Virus record (IMG/VR): IMGVR_UViG_3300046169_000069
DNA: 64,000 bases
Direction: 5' to 3' (one strand)
Source: a virus
In this document: piece after piece, positions 17,155-27,398 of the stretch
Layout of the letters: the number at the start of each line of letters is the position of its first letter
How positions within the stretch are numbered: position 1 is the first letter of the stretch
The notes under the pieces: generated by a model
What the model was told of the DNA's origin: nothing
The model's database searches: none
What the model saw: the letters and a program-made list of their open reading frames with translations, nothing else
Program-made: the position numbers and the translations under genes

Positions 17155-17499
17155 CTAGCCTTCTTTTTCTAAATCCCAAGCGACTCGGCGTGCTGGTAGT
17201 GGGGGTGTCTTAGGACGTTGTACCCACAGGTGGCCATTCTTCTCCGCATCGCTGAATATAGCAACAGTGATAAAGAATGCACCAAGTACCATAAGGTGGC
17301 CACCTACACTGTAGATTCCATACATCCACGTGTACCCTGCCCAGAAAGTGAACACTACTGACCACATCACCGACAAGTAGAACATGAGAATAAACTGTAC
17401 AAGTTCATTCGGAATGTGTCTCAGTGGATTGACTTTCAAATCAAAGAAAAATCTGTAAAGATCGTAAATTGCAAATCCAACACTCTTAAACATTATCAC
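17155..17499 (-). CDS. Membrane protein
   Basis: NPLRHIP followed by hydrophobic helices. Confidence 0.6.
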   Translation of the reverse strand: MIMFKSVGFAIYDLYRFFFDLKVNPLRHIPNELVQFILMFYLSVMWSVVFTFWAGYTWMYGIYSVGGHLMVLGAFFITVAIFSDAEKNGHLWVQRPKTPPLPARRVAWDLEKEG

Positions 17500-17517
17500 T
17501 GGCCCTCTATAAATTGT

Positions 17518-17829
17518 CTACTTTGATGGTAGACCTTCCTGAATGAAAACACCAAGCGTACCGATCTGTCCTTCAGACAAACCTTTTGCTTGACCCCACA
17601 TAAGACCAGATAATGGACCACGTGTCTCACCATTCTTATATGATAAGAGAGCGTCGATAATATAATCAGCGTCCTTTCCTACTAATGGGGGAAACGAACC
17701 CACGCCCTGACCTTCTGCTCCATGACAGCCTGCACAAACCGTCCATGTGCCACGAACATCTTCAAACCGATCTTCGTCTGCAAATGCTGGTGCACTGATT
17801 AGTAACATTGATAATAATAAATTTTTCAT
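17518..17829 (-). CDS. Monohaem cytochrome c (c553/c4-like), secreted
   Basis: Signal peptide, CAGCHG, PPLVG...YI...L..YKNGETR...LM. Confidence 0.88.
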   Translation of the reverse strand: MKNLLLSMLLISAPAFADEDRFEDVRGTWTVCAGCHGAEGQGVGSFPPLVGKDADYIIDALLSYKNGETRGPLSGLMWGQAKGLSEGQIGTLGVFIQEGLPSK

Positions 17830-17841
17830 AACTATTCCTTT

Positions 17842-19084
17842 TTAAAACTGGTCTTCTTCGGTCGAACCCGTCATAGCTGCGGTAGACGTAGAACCCAATG
17901 TAGTTGTGATGGCATCGAAGTAACCGACACCCACTTCTCTCTGGTGCTTCGCACCTGTGTATCCACGCGACTCTGCGGCAAACTCTGCTTCTTGTAACAA
18001 CGAGTATGCGTACATACCTTCGTCTTTGTATCGGTTTGCGAAATCAAAGACAGAGTAGTTAGTCTGGTGGAAACCAGCGAGCGTGATGAACTGGAACTTG
18101 AATCCCATCTTGCCCAACTCACGTTGAAAGTCTTTCAGTTCTTGATCGCCTGGGATTGACTTGCGCCAGTTGAATGACGGTGAACAGTTGTATGCCAACA
18201 TTGCGTCGGGGACTGCACCTTTGACTGCGTCAGCAAAACGCTTCGCATCCTTCAAGTCGGGTGTCGATGTTTCACACCAAACGAGGTCTGCGTATTCTGC
18301 ATATGCTTGACCGCGCACACAACCGAACTCTAGTCCTCTGCCCTCTTCGAGCATATAGAACCCTTCTTGTGTGCGACATTGAATAGATCCCGCAGTACCC
18401 TGCGAGACTCTCTTGATGAATGGTTTGTCGATGTCTGAGATGTTGCTAGAGATTAACTTAGCAGACTCAGCATCGGTACGAGCAATAACGACTGTATCAG
18501 TGCCAGCAACGTCACTAGCAAGGCGAGCGGCATTAAGGTTGCGTATAAGCTTGACTAGTCGGTATGAGAACCTTTCCTCCCAAGTGTCCGCACTTCTTCT
18601 CGGCAGCAACTTGGTCTTCAAAGTGAACAGCGGCAGCACCTGCTTCGATAAGATTTCTTGCAAGTTCATACGCATTTAGAACTCCTCCGAATCCTGCTTC
18701 AGCATCGGCAATAATAGGGGCAAATTCAAACCCGTTTCCAGTTTCCAGATATTCGATTTGGTCTTGGCGTCTAAATGCATTATTGATGCTACGCACAACG
18801 TTAGGAACGCTATCAACAGCATATAACGACTGATCTGGATAAACTTCGCCATGAGAGTTGGCCGACGCAGCCACTTGCCATCCCGAAAGATATATCGCTT
18901 TGAGTCCTGCTTTAACGTGTTGTACTGCTTGTTGTCCATTATATGCTCCAAACGTGTTGATGTACTCGTTTTCTTCAAATAACTTTCGAAGTTTTGATGC
19001 GCCCATTTGCGCGAGGGTGTGGTCGATTTGAACTGTGCCCTGCAAACGAGTTACGTCTTCGGGCGAGTAGTTTCTCTTTTTCAT
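17842..19084 (-). CDS. aceA: Isocitrate lyase (one frameshift near 18545)
   Basis: [29 protein letters not shown], catalytic [26 protein letters not shown]-terminal STEEDQF. Confidence 0.95.
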
Positions 19085-19103
19085 AACAAATCCTGTAATA
19101 ATA

Positions 19104-19179
19104 TGGTATCCAGTAGGGGGTTCGAACCCCTGTTCCCGCCGTGAAAGGGCGGTGTCCTAGACCACTAGACGAACCGGAC
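19104..19179 (-). tRNA. tRNA-Glu(UUC)
   Basis: Cloverleaf, loop CTTTCAC, CCA end. Confidence 0.95.
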
Positions 19180-19200
19180 GTTTCACTGCATTATATAGAG

Positions 19201-19506
19201 TTACTTTAAATCCTCAATGAGGATAGTAACTTTACCCTTTTCCCCTTCAACAAAAATAGCAACGTCGGAGACTTCGACATGCACTTGTTCACAGAAGTGA
19301 TTTGACACCTCTCCTGCGCACTTGTCGATAGCCGTCTCAATGCACTGGTATACGCCGATGATTGTTCCTATAGGATCAAACGCAACGTAGACATTTTGAG
19401 TACTCAGCTTACCATCATTAAAATATGCGGATGGATATGCTAATTTTTCCACTTTCGTTACCTCTTGGGATGTTGTTATTATATCATATATCGAAGTAGT
19501 AGACAA
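19201..19506 (-). CDS. Hypothetical protein
   Basis: ORF within a co-directional gene run; start uncertain. Confidence 0.4.
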   Translation of the reverse strand: MSTTSIYDIITTSQEVTKVEKLAYPSAYFNDGKLSTQNVYVAFDPIGTIIGVYQCIETAIDKCAGEVSNHFCEQVHVEVSDVAIFVEGEKGKVTILIEDLK

Positions 19507-19720
19507 GCGTAAAGAACTTTTTTCTTTTAAATCTCACGACAAGATCTGTACGGTCCTCTATGGGAACGATTACCTTTCTTGTTCTGAGAACCGATCGTTT
19601 TTCTTCGTACGACTTCTCAAATAACTCCCTTACGATTCTTTGTGTGTCCGTCTCCAACGGAACAAAATCTTCGGGAGCAGTAGTATTTAGAGAAAAAGCA
19701 ATTGCAAGTTCAGGTAACAT
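19484..19720 (-). CDS. Hypothetical protein
   Basis: GGAGG RBS before MLPELAIAF. Confidence 0.5.
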   Translation of the reverse strand: MLPELAIAFSLNTTAPEDFVPLETDTQRIVRELFEKSYEEKRSVLRTRKVIVPIEDRTDLVVRFKRKKFFTLVYYFDI

Positions 19721-19721
19721 A

Positions 19722-20250
19722 CTATTCCTCCACGTAAAATATATGGTCACCAATGCGGCCAACCAACGTCATCTTTCTACTAAAACTCCACTCCGGCTTT
19801 TACATAATCAGCGTGATAGTGTGTAGCACCTTCTGTGAGTCCCCTATACTTCCTATATGAAAGAATATCTTGAGCGATGCCCTTTGACCGCAACCAAGCG
19901 TAAGTCTCTACTGGAACGTCTGATTGACCGTCACAATACCAACTGAACTGGCACATATTTTTCTTCGGTATGAAAAGTCCTCGATCTACGCCCCACTCAG
20001 ACATCACTGCCTGTTTGACGACGCCACATATTGTGGATGGATAACGATCATTCTTCACACGATTGAGCGTCACGTCTGCGACAGCATACTGTCCAGCCAG
20101 ACTTTCACTACGGGCTTCATGATAGACATTGAGTGCAAGACACTCAAGTTCATCCGTGGCATTGATCTTAACATTTTCCGCATTGACATATCCGACATAT
20201 CCAAAAATTGTCAATAGGGTTAAAACACACACACCACGGAAGATCTTCAT
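19722..20250 (-). CDS. SleB-like cell-wall hydrolase (Hydrolase_2), frameshift near 19800
   Basis: CLALNVYHEARSE, VTLNRV, CQFSWYCDG, ATHYHA; shifted frame continues KPEWS...RIGDHIFY. Confidence 0.9.
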
Positions 20251-20355
20251 AACGTCATCCTCAGTAACTTTTCTAACTTCAGAAGTTTTTTCTTTTGTTT
20301 GGGCGTAGGATTGTCGCCTGCCTTTCTGCGCAGTTGCGCATATTCTCTGGTCAGA

Positions 20356-20580
20356 TTAGCTTGATATACCATTCTGCATCTCCTCCTCACTATACATAAA
20401 CCCAAAAGAACTTTGGACCATACTAGGTTGGGCGCTAAAATAGTTTCTAACCATCATGAATGCTCTGCGCAACTCAGGGTCGGTGTCGAGTTCTTTATCT
20501 TCTAGGATAGCGAAATCTAGTTCTTCAACAACTATTTTATCAAACTGATCATCATCGACGTAAACGTCTAGGTAAGGCAT
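20356..20580 (-). CDS. Hypothetical acidic early protein
   Basis: First gene after promoter 20615-20643; GGAG RBS. Confidence 0.55.
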   Translation of the reverse strand: MPYLDVYVDDDQFDKIVVEELDFAILEDKELDTDPELRRAFMMVRNYFSAQPSMVQSSFGFMYSEEEMQNGISS

Positions 20581-20614
20581 AGTAGTACTCCACTTTGGTT
20601 AATTTATGGAGAAT

Positions 20615-20643
20615 ATTATACTATAATAGACCCTACATGTCAA
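20615..20643 (-). promoter_or_regulatory. Sigma70-type promoter
   Basis: TTGACA-17-TATAAT. Confidence 0.75.
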
Positions 20644-21404
20644 TAAATTTTTTGTGAAGAAAGTCGGAAAAAATGACCTGAGATTTTTCGCCAGGGTGGC
20701 CGTATGTTTTGAGATCATTGTTTTCAATGGCGATGGTGTATAAATCTTTACCTTTACCTGCGCCCACACGACTGGTGGGTTTAAGATCTGCAATAGAGTC
20801 TTTTAACCAAGATATGTATAATGGCATACTTTTTGAAGACGACCTATGGTCTTCGTCTGACACAGAATCGCGTAGGATAGCCCATAATGTTTGTCCAACA
20901 TCGTCTATGGAAGAATCCCTGCACAAGTTTAATGTCCATACTGTCACATAAAAGTTCTAGAGTTTTCATTTTGGTGAGAGTATGCATAACGTCTGTACGT
21001 GAGTCATAAGCGGTATCAAACCAATCGTTCATAACACGACGTTTGTTGAGATCGTATATGCCCTCTGTTCGCAGTGGAGAAAATTGAGTGACATCACCTT
21101 GTCTTTGAATCTTGATCTCTCTTTCTTTAGGCATATACTCTACGAGCTCCGCCCGTTGAAAGGCTGACCATATGACGACGATGTGTGTGACCGGAGTTTC
21201 TTGTCTAGGATGATGGAGATAGTCAGTAACTTCACGAAATATTTTATCATTACCGGCACCACAAGATCCCAAGTTGATATAGGGCATGGCCATTTTACCC
21301 GCAAGGATATGAGTGAAAGTCAAGGGCCAATGTGTGGGCGGATTATTATCAAAACCTTTCAGTTCGTCCCCCCAGACGAAACTACATCCTGCGGTCAGTA
21401 ACAT
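20633..21404 (-). CDS. SGNH/GDSL-like hydrolase (one frameshift near 20880)
   Basis: GCSFVWG, NLGSCGAGN and C-terminal GHPG motifs. Confidence 0.6.
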
Positions 21405-21778
21405 TAATTCTTCTCTTTGTAGTCTTTGATAGCAGCTTTGATCGCATCCTCTGCGAGTACACTGCAATGGATTTTTACGGGTGGGAGTGCGAGTTCTTTG
21501 GCGATGTCTGTATTACGGATATTCCCTGCGTCTTCGATATTTTTACCTTTGACCCATTCGGTGAGTAGAGAACTAGAAGCAATAGCACTACCACAACCAT
21601 AAGTTTTAAATTTCGCATCTTCAATGATTCCATCATCACCGACAAGGATCTGTAATTGCATAACGTCACCACACGCGGGTGCACCGACCATGCCAGTTCC
21701 TACGTTGTCGTCTTCCTTGTCCATCTTACCCACATTGCGTGGGTTTTCGTAGTGATCTAAAACTTTATCTGAATACAT
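21404..21778 (-). CDS. iscU: Fe-S cluster scaffold IscU
   Basis: YSDKVLDHYENPRNVG, GAPACGDVM, KTYGCGSAIASSS, LPPVKIHCS. Confidence 0.96.
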   Translation of the reverse strand: MYSDKVLDHYENPRNVGKMDKEDDNVGTGMVGAPACGDVMQLQILVGDDGIIEDAKFKTYGCGSAIASSSLLTEWVKGKNIEDAGNIRNTDIAKELALPPVKIHCSVLAEDAIKAAIKDYKEKN

Positions 21779-22452
21779 TACGGAGTCTCTATATCTTCAA
21801 TCAACATGTCACGCATGGCACGTGCCTGTGCGTCTTCAGGATTATTTACACTGCCACCGTTCACAAACTTATATGCAAGTGTGATGCGTTGACATTCTGT
21901 GTATGCAGCGTGCCAACAGTGTAGGTCTTCTTCTTGTTCTGCACCAAAGTAGTAGTGACGACATTGCCAGCCAGGCACATCATCGATCTTGATGATTTTG
22001 TCTTTCTGTTTGTCGTAGTATTCGAAGAAACCTTCTCCGGTCTCTGACCACGTGAACAACACTTGGTATGCATTGGCATCATAGTTAGTATGCCAACCCA
22101 CAAAACCGCCTGGCGGGTAGTAAGAGAGTAATGCAGAAGTATGTGCGCCAAGTTCCGATGCGAAATCGTACTTGACCTTCTGCATGAAGTCTTCCCAAGT
22201 TTCTTTATCTTCACGCACCATTTTTGCTATAGGTTGTGCGAAATACCTATCGGGCGGGCCAACTAGACGGTCTCGTGAAAGACATTCTAACAGATATTCA
22301 TATGAGGTGTAGTAAGACCCCAAGTCAATATCTTTCTCTTCACGATAAGTCCAATACTTTTTGTCATTGTGAGAAGGTTTAGAAAGCATCTCATCGGAGA
22401 AACCGTTCAACACATCTAACATTTCTTTATTACGAATTACTACTTCAGTCAT
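21778..22452 (-). CDS. 2OG-Fe(II) oxygenase-like (DSBH) protein
   Basis: YPPGGFVGWHTN...WHAA...RIT. Confidence 0.65.
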   Translation of the reverse strand: MTEVVIRNKEMLDVLNGFSDEMLSKPSHNDKKYWTYREEKDIDLGSYYTSYEYLLECLSRDRLVGPPDRYFAQPIAKMVREDKETWEDFMQKVKYDFASELGAHTSALLSYYPPGGFVGWHTNYDANAYQVLFTWSETGEGFFEYYDKQKDKIIKIDDVPGWQCRHYYFGAEQEEDLHCWHAAYTECQRITLAYKFVNGGSVNNPEDAQARAMRDMLIEDIETP

Positions 22453-22802
22453 TGTCGCGAATAATCACCATTGAGTAACGATCTTTCAGTGTACTTTTAA
22501 ATACAATCGTATCACCAGATTTTAAATTTAATTGGTCCATCAAGTCATCGTTTATCTCGAAGGCAATTTCTCCCCCTTCAACTTCAATCACTGGACAAAT
22601 CCAAGAACTAGAAGTTATCTTGCTCGAATTCTTCATTTGCTTTCTTAATGTCTTCTTCAGTACACACACCCATATGTAGTAGGAATGAAACTGTTGAATT
22701 AATACCTCTTTGTGTGCCTGTGGTTCGTCCCACCATATATGTTATAAACATGAGTGCGACAGCTTATAAGTGTATGCAAGTACGGATCCATTGTTGGACT
22801 CC

Positions 22803-24200
22803 TTATATTTTAAAACCAGCGAACTTTTCACTATCTATTCGCTGACCGGATGTGGAGTTATCAAAGGCTGGTCCATTATCTACTTCTTTATTTAGGGGTG
22901 AATCATTTTGATCAACATCAAAAAGTCTCATTTTAGCTCGGTCAATACCCACGACAAACCTCTGATTCATATGAGGGTCGTTATATCTATTCTTTAACTG
23001 TTTCACTAAAATCTGATTGTGGGAACTCAGTTCGTCGTTCGAGATAAGTGCAAACATGAGATCGGCGGTTGCGGGTAGTCCAAAAGACTCGGACGTATCT
23101 TCAAGCCCCAAGTCATCATTAGAGTAACCAGAACGAGTCGTCTGCGTTGCAGACACGACCGGCACGTCAAATTCCACGGCAAGACCACGTAGCTCTTCAG
23201 CAATAGACTTGATATACGTATACGAGTTAATAGCACCGCCCATACTCTTCATTCGGGAAGAAGCACAGATATTCAGATAATCAATAAAGATTAGATCGGG
23301 AATAAACTTCTTCTTCAGTTTCAATTCATTCAGTAACGCACGAAAGTGGTTCGAGTGCGCACTGCCAGTCGGATACTCTTTGATAATCAACTTACCGTTG
23401 GTCTTATCTGCGATACCTTTGACACGGCTTGAAAACATGTCCTTACTCAAATGTTCCAACTGATCTATCGGGACATTGAGTAGATTCGCATCGATCCGTT
23501 CTGCAATGCGTTCTTCAGCCATCTCCATAGTGATATAAAGGACATTCTTCCCCTGTGATAGGGCAGCAGCTCCAGCACAATGACACATGAAGAGAGATTT
23601 ACCGACACCCGTACCCGCCAGTGCGATGTTGAGGGTCTTATTAGGTAGTCCACCCTTAGTAATCCGGTTAAAGTAATCCAGATCAAATGGAAGGCGTTCC
23701 TCATCCTGCGTATAAAAGTCATAACGTGCGTCCACCGATTCAAGGTAGTCGTGACCAATGTTAGTATCAAACGTCACTGACAACGCCTTAGAGAGAACGT
23801 CGGGTATCGCATTGCGAGACAGTGACTGGTGATTGCCATCAATAATAGTTATAGATTCCATAACTGCATTGAATACCGCACGGTCTTGACACCACTTCTC
23901 AGTGCGTTCCACTAACCACGAAAGATCTTCTTCCGCATACTTAAAGATGTCGGGGAGTATCTCCATCGCAACACGATAGTGATCATCTGATAAACGATCT
24001 GCCGCATCAATCTCAATTTTCAGAGCTTCTTTACTGGGCAGATTATTAAACTTAGCAATATAAGTAGTGAACTCTTTGAAAAGGCCTTTGTAGACCCCTT
24101 CAAAGTATTCGGGAGAGAGGAAGGGAGCGACCTTCCTCATATAAGAATCGTTAGTCAGTAGATTCCGTAGAATCGTCTGTTGTAGATTTATTTCTGTCAT
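22803..24200 (-). CDS. gp41: Replicative DNA helicase gp41
   Basis: AGTGVGKS, YITMEMAE, IKEYPT, IDYLNI, SATQTTR, SESFGLP, KNRY. Confidence 0.95.
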   Translation of the reverse strand: MTEINLQQTILRNLLTNDSYMRKVAPFLSPEYFEGVYKGLFKEFTTYIAKFNNLPSKEALKIEIDAADRLSDDHYRVAMEILPDIFKYAEEDLSWLVERTEKWCQDRAVFNAVMESITIIDGNHQSLSRNAIPDVLSKALSVTFDTNIGHDYLESVDARYDFYTQDEERLPFDLDYFNRITKGGLPNKTLNIALAGTGVGKSLFMCHCAGAAALSQGKNVLYITMEMAEERIAERIDANLLNVPIDQLEHLSKDMFSSRVKGIADKTNGKLIIKEYPTGSAHSNHFRALLNELKLKKKFIPDLIFIDYLNICASSRMKSMGGAINSYTYIKSIAEELRGLAVEFDVPVVSATQTTRSGYSNDDLGLEDTSESFGLPATADLMFALISNDELSSHNQILVKQLKNRYNDPHMNQRFVVGIDRAKMRLFDVDQNDSPLNKEVDNGPAFDNSTSGQRIDSEKFAGFKI

Positions 24201-24489
24201 ATGTGTTAACCGCCGCATCTAAGATATCTTGTAGTACTTCGGCTGCAAACTGCTGAAGTCCAGTATTTTCAATATTATACACGCTTGTGTCGGGTGTGTC
24301 AATAACATCAAAGTTAAAAGTTATCTGTGCGTTATCGGCATCAATTTTAACATTATTATACCGGATAGTAACATCTTCATAGGGCTCACGTAAAAGATTA
24401 ACATTCCACGCATCCTTGTTCTCAACAACAACAGGTTCCAGTTTATAATCTAGAAACTCTGACGGTTTGTCTAGGTTTAATTCACTCAT
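24151..24489 (-). CDS. Hypothetical protein at the T4 gp40 position
   Basis: Lies between uvsX and gp41; positional inference only. Confidence 0.5.
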   Translation of the reverse strand: MSELNLDKPSEFLDYKLEPVVVENKDAWNVNLLREPYEDVTIRYNNVKIDADNAQITFNFDVIDTPDTSVYNIENTGLQQFAAEVLQDILDAAVNTYDRNKSTTDDSTESTD

Positions 24490-25541
24490 GCTTCCTCCAG
24501 TTCTCCAATAAGTTCTGCATTGACTTCACTAGAATACCCGATCTTATAGGTCTTCTGTAAAAAGTCTGCGAAGTTAGTTGTTTCAAAAACAGGTTCCCAG
24601 AACTCTCCGTTCAGGGTATCTTTTGTTCGTACTTTAGTCCCAATGACTTCACCTGTAGATGTGTCAACTTTTTGATACCACCCGTTAGAAGGCTTAATAA
24701 CATAACCACCAGCGAGCGCAACATCAAGTAGTCCTGAATACTTCTGCACTCCACCTTCCCACGAGACGCCAATCGGAATCTTTGACTTCTCTTTGACATA
24801 TCGGGACTTCTCTACATTGATCACAAAATCATAACCAACGATCTCCGTACCCTGCTTCTCTTGACGACGGCCGATGATCCAGATGTTGTCAGCAGAGTAA
24901 TAGATGCCAGTACCACCACTCACGATATCTTTTGGAAACAAACCAATCTCTTTATAAGTGTGATTGATTGCAAGCATCGGAATGTTCTTCATCGCAAGGT
25001 ATGGTGTTGACATACGGAACAGACCTTTCAGTGCCTTCGCACGTGACATGTCTGCGACACCCTTTTCATTGAGTGCGTCTTCCAACTCTTTCTTAGACGC
25101 AAGGTTGCCGATAGAGTCGATGACAATAATGACATCATCTTCGCGGTCAAGGTTCTCTAACTGGTTGATCATATCAAACTTGAGTTCTTCAACGTTTGCA
25201 ATCGGTGTGTGCAACACACGACTCGTATCGATACCGAACTGAGTGAAGTATGACTGAGGCGAACCGAACTCTGAATCATAGAACAACATGACTGCGTCTG
25301 GTTTCGCGTTGAGATATGCACCCGCCATAAGTAATGCGAATGATGTCTTGAAGTGCTTAGATGGTCCAGCAAGGACAGTCAGCCCAGGCGAGATGCCACC
25401 GTCTACGGAACCGGATAACGCGACGTTCACCATCGGAACGTCGGTCGGAACCATATCTTTTTCTGTGAAGAATTTACTCGTTGATAAAGTAGAAGTCTCT
25501 TTAATCTTCGAGTTCTTCTTCAGTTTGTCCATTATTGACAT
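24486..25541 (-). CDS. uvsX: RecA-like recombinase UvsX
   Basis: AGPSKHFKT, FYDSEFG, IDSIGNLAS, DMSRAK, GGTG. Confidence 0.95.
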   Translation of the reverse strand: MSIMDKLKKNSKIKETSTLSTSKFFTEKDMVPTDVPMVNVALSGSVDGGISPGLTVLAGPSKHFKTSFALLMAGAYLNAKPDAVMLFYDSEFGSPQSYFTQFGIDTSRVLHTPIANVEELKFDMINQLENLDREDDVIIVIDSIGNLASKKELEDALNEKGVADMSRAKALKGLFRMSTPYLAMKNIPMLAINHTYKEIGLFPKDIVSGGTGIYYSADNIWIIGRRQEKQGTEIVGYDFVINVEKSRYVKEKSKIPIGVSWEGGVQKYSGLLDVALAGGYVIKPSNGWYQKVDTSTGEVIGTKVRTKDTLNGEFWEPVFETTNFADFLQKTYKIGYSSEVNAELIGELEEA

Positions 25542-26457
25542 TCTTAGCTCCAAAATCTACAAATGTAATGTTATTAACTTTTTCACGTTCATCGAGGTCA
25601 TATTGTACACGATAAGACGTGTTGATGTCAAGTACTTTTTGCAACAAATCAAAACTTATTACCCCACCATCTTCATGATCATGTGTGGAGAAATTCAGAA
25701 ACGCTCTCGTATCTTTTGGAAGACAGGCACCACCGAATCCTCGTTTACCATCAAAGCCAGGCACTCTTGTGTGACCCATCCCAACGCGGTCGTCTTTACC
25801 CACAGCGCGAACGATAGTATTGTAGTTACAACCATATAAGTTGACAAGATCATATAGTTGATTAAAGAACGTGACCTTGGTTGATAAGAAAGAGTTGATA
25901 GTATACTTAACGAATGAGGCCTCATATGCAGTCATCTTGTGATAGTCATTTGACTCACACGAACTGAAGATTTCGTAAATATCAATCGTCTCCATAATTG
26001 CAGACGGCGTACCACCAATAACATGGAAATCTGCAGAAACAAAATCTGCCTTAGCATTCTTCTCTGTGAGGAACTCTGGGTTATATGCAAATCGGTCTTT
26101 CTGCTCTTCGTTCATCGCAGAGTACAAACGATGCACCACATCTGGCGTAATAGTTGACTTGACAACGACCATAGCGTCTGTGTAGTTCAGACACTTAATG
26201 ACTGCAGTCTCAACAATAGAGGAGTTGACTGACCCATCGTCATTGGACGGAGTCGGAGCACAAATGAAAAAACACTGCGGATGATCTTCGCGATCCATCT
26301 CTTTCAGTTCTTCTACATCTGTATTGTATTTTGGATCATATAATCTAAACTGAACAATCGGATGAGTAAATGCATACTCTACAGCTTGTCCAACAAAACC
26401 GTGACCTACTATGCCCAACCGAAATATTGTCGGTTCTTTTGTTGGGTTACTCGGCAT
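25501..26457 (-). CDS. UDP-glucose/GDP-mannose 6-dehydrogenase family (lacks C-terminal domain)
   Basis: GHGFVG, ICAPTP, KSTITP, NPEFL, GFGGACLPKD. Confidence 0.9.
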   Translation of the reverse strand: MPSNPTKEPTIFRLGIVGHGFVGQAVEYAFTHPIVQFRLYDPKYNTDVEELKEMDREDHPQCFFICAPTPSNDDGSVNSSIVETAVIKCLNYTDAMVVVKSTITPDVVHRLYSAMNEEQKDRFAYNPEFLTEKNAKADFVSADFHVIGGTPSAIMETIDIYEIFSSCESNDYHKMTAYEASFVKYTINSFLSTKVTFFNQLYDLVNLYGCNYNTIVRAVGKDDRVGMGHTRVPGFDGKRGFGGACLPKDTRAFLNFSTHDHEDGGVISFDLLQKVLDINTSYRVQYDLDEREKVNNITFVDFGAKNVNNGQTEEELED

Positions 26458-27397
26458 TAGTCACCTCGTGATATTCTTTATACCATTCATAGAATTTTGC
26501 GACACCCTCTGCGATACTCACCTTCGGTTGATATCCTAACGCCTGAAGTTTCTCTGTGTTTGACCAAGTTTCTTTGGTGTCAGCGGGATGTTTTGGTGCC
26601 AAGTTCTTGTCAGCTTCTTTGCCAGTATTCTTCTCAATCTCTGAAATAAAGTCCATCAACGGGACCTGTTCGCCGCGGCCAATGTTAAAGATCTCACCGG
26701 CCGGAATATCCTTATTGTCCAAGACAATTTCAATTCCATCATTGATGTCATCCACATACGTAAAGTCGCGTTTCATATCGCCATAGTTATAAACAGTTAT
26801 TTGATTACCCGCAAGAACATTCTTAGTGAAGTCAAACAACGCCATATCCGGACGACCCCAAGGACCATAGACTGTGAAGAACCGCAGACCGACAGTATTG
26901 AGACCAGACGACTGCATCTGACACTCGTTTGCCCACTTGGTATAACCATACGCGTTCAGTTGTTTACCGTGTTCTTTACCCTCCACCCATGGCACTGGTG
27001 CGCCGGCATAGATGCAAGATGTTGATGCATACAGGATACGTGTGTCTGGCATGTGTTTTTTACAAACATCAATTAGATTCTGTGTACCGTCAATATTGTT
27101 TGCGTGATAACTCTTTTCTTTGCCTAGAGAGTCTCGCACACCTGCCATTGCAGCTAAGTGGACAATAGTGTCTGGTTGAAAGTCTCGTAAAAGAGCTTCT
27201 AGTTTGATCTCATCTCGTAGGTCACATCCCCAAATATCAAGGCCGAAGTGTACCATACGATCACGTTTTAACACGGGGCTGTATAAGTGGTTGTTAAAAT
27301 TGTCAATCCCTTTTACCACAAGTCCACGATCCATCAACCTTCTTGAAAGTTGAGAACCGATAAACCCTGCAGCGCCCGTAACTAATACTCGTTCCAT
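26447..27397 (-). CDS. NAD-dependent nucleotide-sugar epimerase (UDP-glucuronate 4-epimerase-like)
   Basis: TGAAGFIG, HLAAMAGVR, YGYTK, LRFFTVYGPWGRPDMA, RDFTYVDD. Confidence 0.9.
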   Translation of the reverse strand: MERVLVTGAAGFIGSQLSRRLMDRGLVVKGIDNFNNHLYSPVLKRDRMVHFGLDIWGCDLRDEIKLEALLRDFQPDTIVHLAAMAGVRDSLGKEKSYHANNIDGTQNLIDVCKKHMPDTRILYASTSCIYAGAPVPWVEGKEHGKQLNAYGYTKWANECQMQSSGLNTVGLRFFTVYGPWGRPDMALFDFTKNVLAGNQITVYNYGDMKRDFTYVDDINDGIEIVLDNKDIPAGEIFNIGRGEQVPLMDFISEIEKNTGKEADKNLAPKHPADTKETWSNTEKLQALGYQPKVSIAEGVAKFYEWYKEYHEVTNAE

Positions 27398-27398
27398 A

